Source: Mobula hypostoma (taxonomy: Eukaryota). Taken from it: a DNA stretch of 64,000 nucleotides. The notes under the pieces were generated by a model. The model searched no databases and was not told where the DNA came from. It saw only the letters and a list, made by a program, of their open reading frames with translations. Each line of letters begins with the position of its first letter. The first letter of the stretch is position 1. Below are positions 60,690-64,000 of the stretch, piece by piece. The stretch is taken from positions 62,684,001 to 62,748,000 of the forward strand of contig NC_086108.1 of NCBI RefSeq assembly GCF_963921235.1, read 5' to 3'. Both the position numbers and the translations under genes were made by a program.

Positions 60690-61315
60690 CCATTTTTCCT
60701 TGGTACCCACTCTGCCATCCAAAGAGACTGTTGCTGATTTTCTACCTCAACATCATTTTATAGCACTGACCACATGTTCCTCAATTCGCTTAATATCAAT
60801 ATACCTGTTGATCTTTATCAGTAGATTTTGTTAAAGAAGTTTCTCCTCATCACGGTATAGAATGGCCAATCTCTTATTTTGAGATTAACATAAGAGCATA
60901 GAAATAGGAGCAGGAGTAGGCCATCTGGCCCGTCGAGCCTGCTCCACCATTCCATAAGATTACAGCTGATCTGGCCATGGACTCATCTCCATCTACCTGC
61001 CTTTTCCCCATAACCCTTAATTCTCCTACTATACAAAAATCCATACAAAAATCTGCTTTGTTAGCTCTGCTCCTTGATATGCCACCCCCTCCCTGGTAAA
61101 AAAAAAAGTACAGGTCAACCCTTGCAAGAACTTTTCTACATTTCAGTAAGTTCGCTACTCATTCTTCAGAACTAAAGAGAGTATTTGCCTAATGTGCTCT
61201 ACCTTTCCTCACACAATAAATCCAGTATCCCTGGAATTATACTACTGAACATTGTTGTACTCCCTCTATTAAAATGATATCCTTCTTTAGATAGAGAGAT
61301 TAGACCTTGTCATTG
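60690..61315 (-). mobile_element. Old CR1 3' fragment with a nested younger CR1 tip (60888-61050)
   Basis: AAGAAGTTTCTCCTCATC and other CR1 antisense motifs; the nested tip matches 165-325. Confidence 0.65.
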
Positions 61316-62269
61316 TATTATCATCAATGAACATACTCACTTTTGTCCAAATAATGGAAGCAAGGTCATCAATGAAACAGCTGAAGATGGGTGGACCTAT
61401 GACCCTGCCCTGATGAACTCCTACAGTAAGATATGGTGGTGCAGGGAGTTAGCTCCACTAACTATCTTTTTTTGTGAGTTGTGGCTCTACCTACAGAAAT
61501 GTCTTTCTATTGATGCCTGATGTCTTCAATTTTATCAGAGCTCATTGGAACCACACTTAGTTAAATGTTGGCTTGATATCATGGAGAGGCATTTTCACCT
61601 TACCTCTGGAATTCAGCACATTGGTCCACTTAGGCTGTAGTAATTGGGGTTCCAACATTTAACTGTTATTCATTCTTTGAGGCACTCCTCTGTTTTTGTG
61701 GATGTTTGTGAAGAAAAAGAATTTCAGGATGTATAATGTTTCTCTGGCATTAAATGTACCTACTGAACCTATTGTATGCAGTAGTGTGATTTTGACCTTA
61801 ATCCTACAAAACTATGGAAAGCACGGAGATGGTTGATGAGTGTCTCCTCATTGCAAACGACACCTCCATGTTCCTGACAGAAGCAATAAAAGACACCAAA
61901 CTACTGTATATGAAAGCCACAGCAACCCTGCAGATGAAGCATCACACGTCAGATCATAGTATGGTTCAGTCCAATTCTGGATCGGCTTCCACTTTGTGTC
62001 TACGACACTCGCGGTCAAGTTGTCGCTCACACCATGGACCAGAAGGCTGGCCAAGATACTTGGAAAATGAATATATAACTGCTGACCCCAGAAAATGTTG
62101 AGGAGCTAAAGAGGAAATATGCAGTTTGAAGAAGCATAGAACTTCTCTTTGACTCCCTGATGCAGCTGTGCAAAGCAATCATGGAGATCTTCAAAAGGTT
62201 CTTGATTCTCAGACATATTCAGTCATCCAGATGGAGTCGGCATGCAGAATCTGTTGCTTTCATAGTGAA

Positions 62270-62522
62270 TGGAAGTGTAGGGGGGATGTCAGAAGTAGAT
62301 TTTTTACACAGAGAGTGCTAAGTGCATGGAAAGTGCCTGAGGTAGTTGTAGAAGCCGGTACATTATGGACATTTAAGAGACTCTTAGACAGGTGCACAGA
62401 TGAAAGTAAAATGGAGGGTTATGCAGGAGGGAAAGGTTCTAATGATCTTCAGTAGGTTAAAAGATTGGCACAATATCGTGGGCCAAAGTGCCTGCACTGT
62501 GCTATGTTGTTCTATGTTCTGT
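62270..62522 (+). mobile_element. CR1 3' fragment
   Basis: RGDVRSRFFTQRVLSAW..TFKRLLDR in ORF 62168-62455; TTCTATG tail. Confidence 0.85.
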
Positions 62523-63039
62523 GAATATTGAATGTAAATGCAGTACGTCAGCAGAGGAAGACTGCTAAGTAACTTCATGACACCTATAGAAGAAAATAAT
62601 ACAATCATATTTTGAAATAAATCAACTTATACCTAAGTATCAATCTTGCATGTTCATGTTCCATGGCTAATGTCCCAGAATGGTCAACAATGGTAAGTGT
62701 GAAGTTTACTACTTTACATATATTTTTATAAAGTTGTTTTTATGAATTCTTGAGATATCCATCATGATAGTGATAGTGTTCTTCCAGAAATGTTGTCTAA
62801 TAATATGAAGAGGTTTTATTATACAAAAATGCCTATTTATAATATGGAATAGATTTATTCCTCTTCTTATTGTTATCTCAAGCAAATATCACAATCCTTG
62901 GAATCTCCTCACTGTGTACAAGCATATTAAATTTAGACAAAGCATTAAAAAAGGAAGCCAACAGAATTTTGTTGAGTTGCTGTCAAAATTCAGTTGATTA
63001 TAATGGAGTTTCTGTACATTATTTACTAGTCTTTTAAAG

Positions 63040-63805
63040 GACGGCAGAATATAGAACAGATGGAAAGTTGGGCAGATGGAATTTAATTCCGACAAGATGA
63101 AGATCTTGCATTTTTAGAACTCAGATAGGGTCAGGACATATATAGTAAATGGTAAAGGAATAAGTCATGTTGATACACAGAAGAATTTCAAGTCTATATT
63201 TCCCTGAAATGTGGATAGGGCTATGATGAAGGCATATGACAATAATTTGTTTTATAATTTGAGGTAAGGAATATAGAAGTTGGGATGTTATGTTACAAAT
63301 ACCATTGAGACGGCTCTTGAATTTTGTGTACAGGTTTAATTGGCAAAATATAGGATGGATGTGGTTGCATTGGAGAGAATGCAGAAGAGATTCACCAGGA
63401 GATTTCCTGGACTGAAGAATGTTAGTTATGTAGAGATATTGGATAGGCTGAAGAGGTTGTTTTGAATGGAGTGAAGGAAGCTGAGGGGTGACAAAATTGA
63501 AGTAGGATAAATAGAATATTTTCCATGATAATGCTATTAAAAGCAAAAGATGAGGTGAGGAAGGAATTTTAAAGGGGATTTGTGGCGAAAGCTTCTTACA
63601 TAAAGAATGATTGATGTCTAGAACCGTCTGCCAGAGGAGTCAGACACAATTACCATGTTTAGGAAACTTTTAGATCGACTCAGTAGGCAAGGCACAGAAG
63701 GATGTGGACATAATATGAGCTGATGGGATTAGCACGGATGGACTAAAATGTTGGCATAGATGTGATGACTGAAGCATCCACTTCTGCGCTATACAACTCT
63801 ATGAG
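63040..63805 (+). mobile_element. Degenerate CR1 3' region
   Basis: GGCAGATGGAATTTAATTCCGACAAG (WQMEFN), TTGGAGAGAATGCAGAAGAGATTCACCAGG (LERMQKRFTR), 3' UTR. Confidence 0.8.
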
Positions 63806-64000
63806 GAATTATTTTGTTAAATAAATTGCAGCACATATTATGCAAGGTGTTTGAAGCCTCATTGCCTAGTGATTTTGATAATGTTGTTAATTAGTTTGGA
63901 GAACAAAGGCAAGTAAGGACAGCACTCTTGTAAAGAGTTGTGCAATTTGCTGTAATAGGTGATTTATTATTCTATGCTGGTCTCAAGGACAAGTAGAAGC

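Noticed and set aside
61814..62260. 95-aa ORF as host gene or Tx1-like remnant
   Set aside because: No convincing motif in either direction; too degenerate to call by eye.

Overview
Eukaryotic, repeat-dense, apparently intronic or intergenic vertebrate DNA, most likely from an elasmobranch (shark or ray). The taxon is inferred from HE1-like V-domain SINEs with CR1 tails, a SacSINE1-like Deu-domain SINE, abundant CR1 LINEs and Penelope fragments. I found no host protein-coding gene, rRNA, true tRNA gene or CRISPR array. Nearly all longer ORFs are transposon remnants or their antisense shadows. Contents: many 5'-truncated CR1 LINEs, two L1-clade 3' ends (one with a twin-priming-type inversion), Rex1/Babar and RTE LINE fragments, Penelope termini carrying minimal hammerhead-ribozyme motifs, several SINE families, a Chapaev3 (CMC) transposon fossil, Tc1-derived elements, a two-LTR Gypsy element lacking RT, a truncated Gypsy, and solo LTRs. 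The most notable structures not explained by a family I recognise are a ~0.8 kb fold-back at 39.6-40.4 kb and a non-tRNA ~0.68 kb retroposon present twice. Family names come from motif recognition by eye, and boundaries of old copies are approximate.
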